Shown piece by piece: positions 63,244 through 64,000 of a stretch of 64,000 bases of DNA. The first letter of the stretch is position 1, and every line of letters begins with the position of its first letter. Under the pieces are notes generated by a model, which had not been told where the DNA came from, made no database searches, and saw only the letters and a program-made list of their open reading frames with translations. Source of the DNA: Protoeuglena noctilucae (lineage: Eukaryota); assembly GCA_958009085.1 (NCBI GenBank), contig OY253671.1, positions 62,001 through 126,000 on the forward strand, given 5' to 3'. Position numbers and translations under genes: made by a program.

Positions 63244-63638
63244 GCCGGATGCTGCCGTGCACGCGTGCCAGCGAGCAGCCCGCCTGCGTTGCCCCATTGC
63301 GATTCTTTTACCCTGTTCGCACCTTTCCTGCCCTTGACTTCCCGCACCCGGCTGCCTCGCTTTGCTTTTGTGTGCCCTGCCACCCCATCCTCAGCAGCCC
63401 TTGTCTGGCAACGCTGCCCTATAGTCGCATGCGCTGCCAGCGCTAGCCACACTCATAGGTGCAACCTCGCATCGCAGCACCTGGCCCTTCTCAGCCCTGA
63501 AAATTGAATGCGTGCCCCCGTTTTACCACCAAAGCGGACCACGCTGCCCCGACAAGCCTGACAGCAAACGCTGACCAAGCATGCCATGCCAAAGCAGGTT
63601 TTTAGTAACCATGCATTCCATGCACCACAGCTGCCTCT

Positions 63639-64000
63639 TCACCGCCGCTTCCGCTTCCCAGCATCCTCTTGCAAGCCCTCCCCGCTCCCACTACGCAACC
63701 CACCCGCCCGACGCCTCCGCCGCGACCCCTCGCTCACAGCCACCCCCTCAGCTCCCGTCCCAAGCCCTGCACCCGACCTGTCCGCTCCTTCCCCTGCCTC
63801 AGCTCCCTCCTTTGTCCCAGCCTCCCCGCCCACTCGCACCACTGGACCCCCGCCACCCCCACCGCCCCCACCGCTGCCCCCCTCACCCCCGCAACTCTCG
63901 CTCCCCGCATCTCCCCACCCAGGTCCGTATCCCCAAGGGTCCTCGTCCTCACCACTACCACCCTCACCCTCACTGCCACCCTCGCTCCCGTTCCCGCTAT
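63639..64000 (-). CDS. Probable 3' end of a gene entering from beyond the window (Gly/Glu/Ser-rich, ends KRKRR*)
   Basis: Frame open from the window edge to stop at 63639; low complexity only. Confidence 0.3.
   Translation of the reverse strand, partial: SGNGSEGGSEGEGGSGEDEDPWGYGPGWGDAGSESCGGEGGSGGGGGGGGGPVVRVGGEAGTKEGAEAGEGADRSGAGLGTGAEGVAVSEGSRRRRRAGGLRSGSGEGLQEDAGKRKRR

Noticed and set aside
1..64000. Introner elements, transposase/RT genes, tRNA/rRNA, alternative genetic code
   Set aside because: Introns share no long sequence family beyond simple repeats; no TE domains or structural RNA recognised by eye; no in-frame stops were needed in the conserved exons.

Overview
GC-rich, intron-dense eukaryotic nuclear DNA from a green alga. 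A chlorophyte is suggested by plastid-targeted Psb28, PII, PreP and ABC1K, and by TGTAA poly(A) signals. About 17 spliced genes plus one partial gene were reconstructed by hand: CYP59/PPIL4-like cyclophilin-RRM, two hypotheticals, ABC1K kinase, SEC23D-like, phosducin-like, CPBP-like membrane protein, YEATS, PII, CMD/AhpD-like, J-domain protein, Psb28, GCK, TBCCD1-like, PreP, a divergent MORC-type GHKL ATPase and an orphan. The most striking signal is intron architecture. (1) In seven long genes, introns carry about 30 short 'echo' copies (13-50 nt) of the adjacent exon end, usually with its splice site. They differ from the real exon mostly at synonymous positions (hand tally about 47 synonymous vs about 15 non-synonymous), which neutral decay does not explain. 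(2) About 24 introns (roughly a fifth) use an AG|GCGAG donor, one of which hides the PII Q-loop. (3) Mid-gene introns are polarised (G-rich 5', C-rich 3', AT-rich core) and CpG-poor, unlike gene ends and short genes. All gene models are manual and need transcript confirmation.
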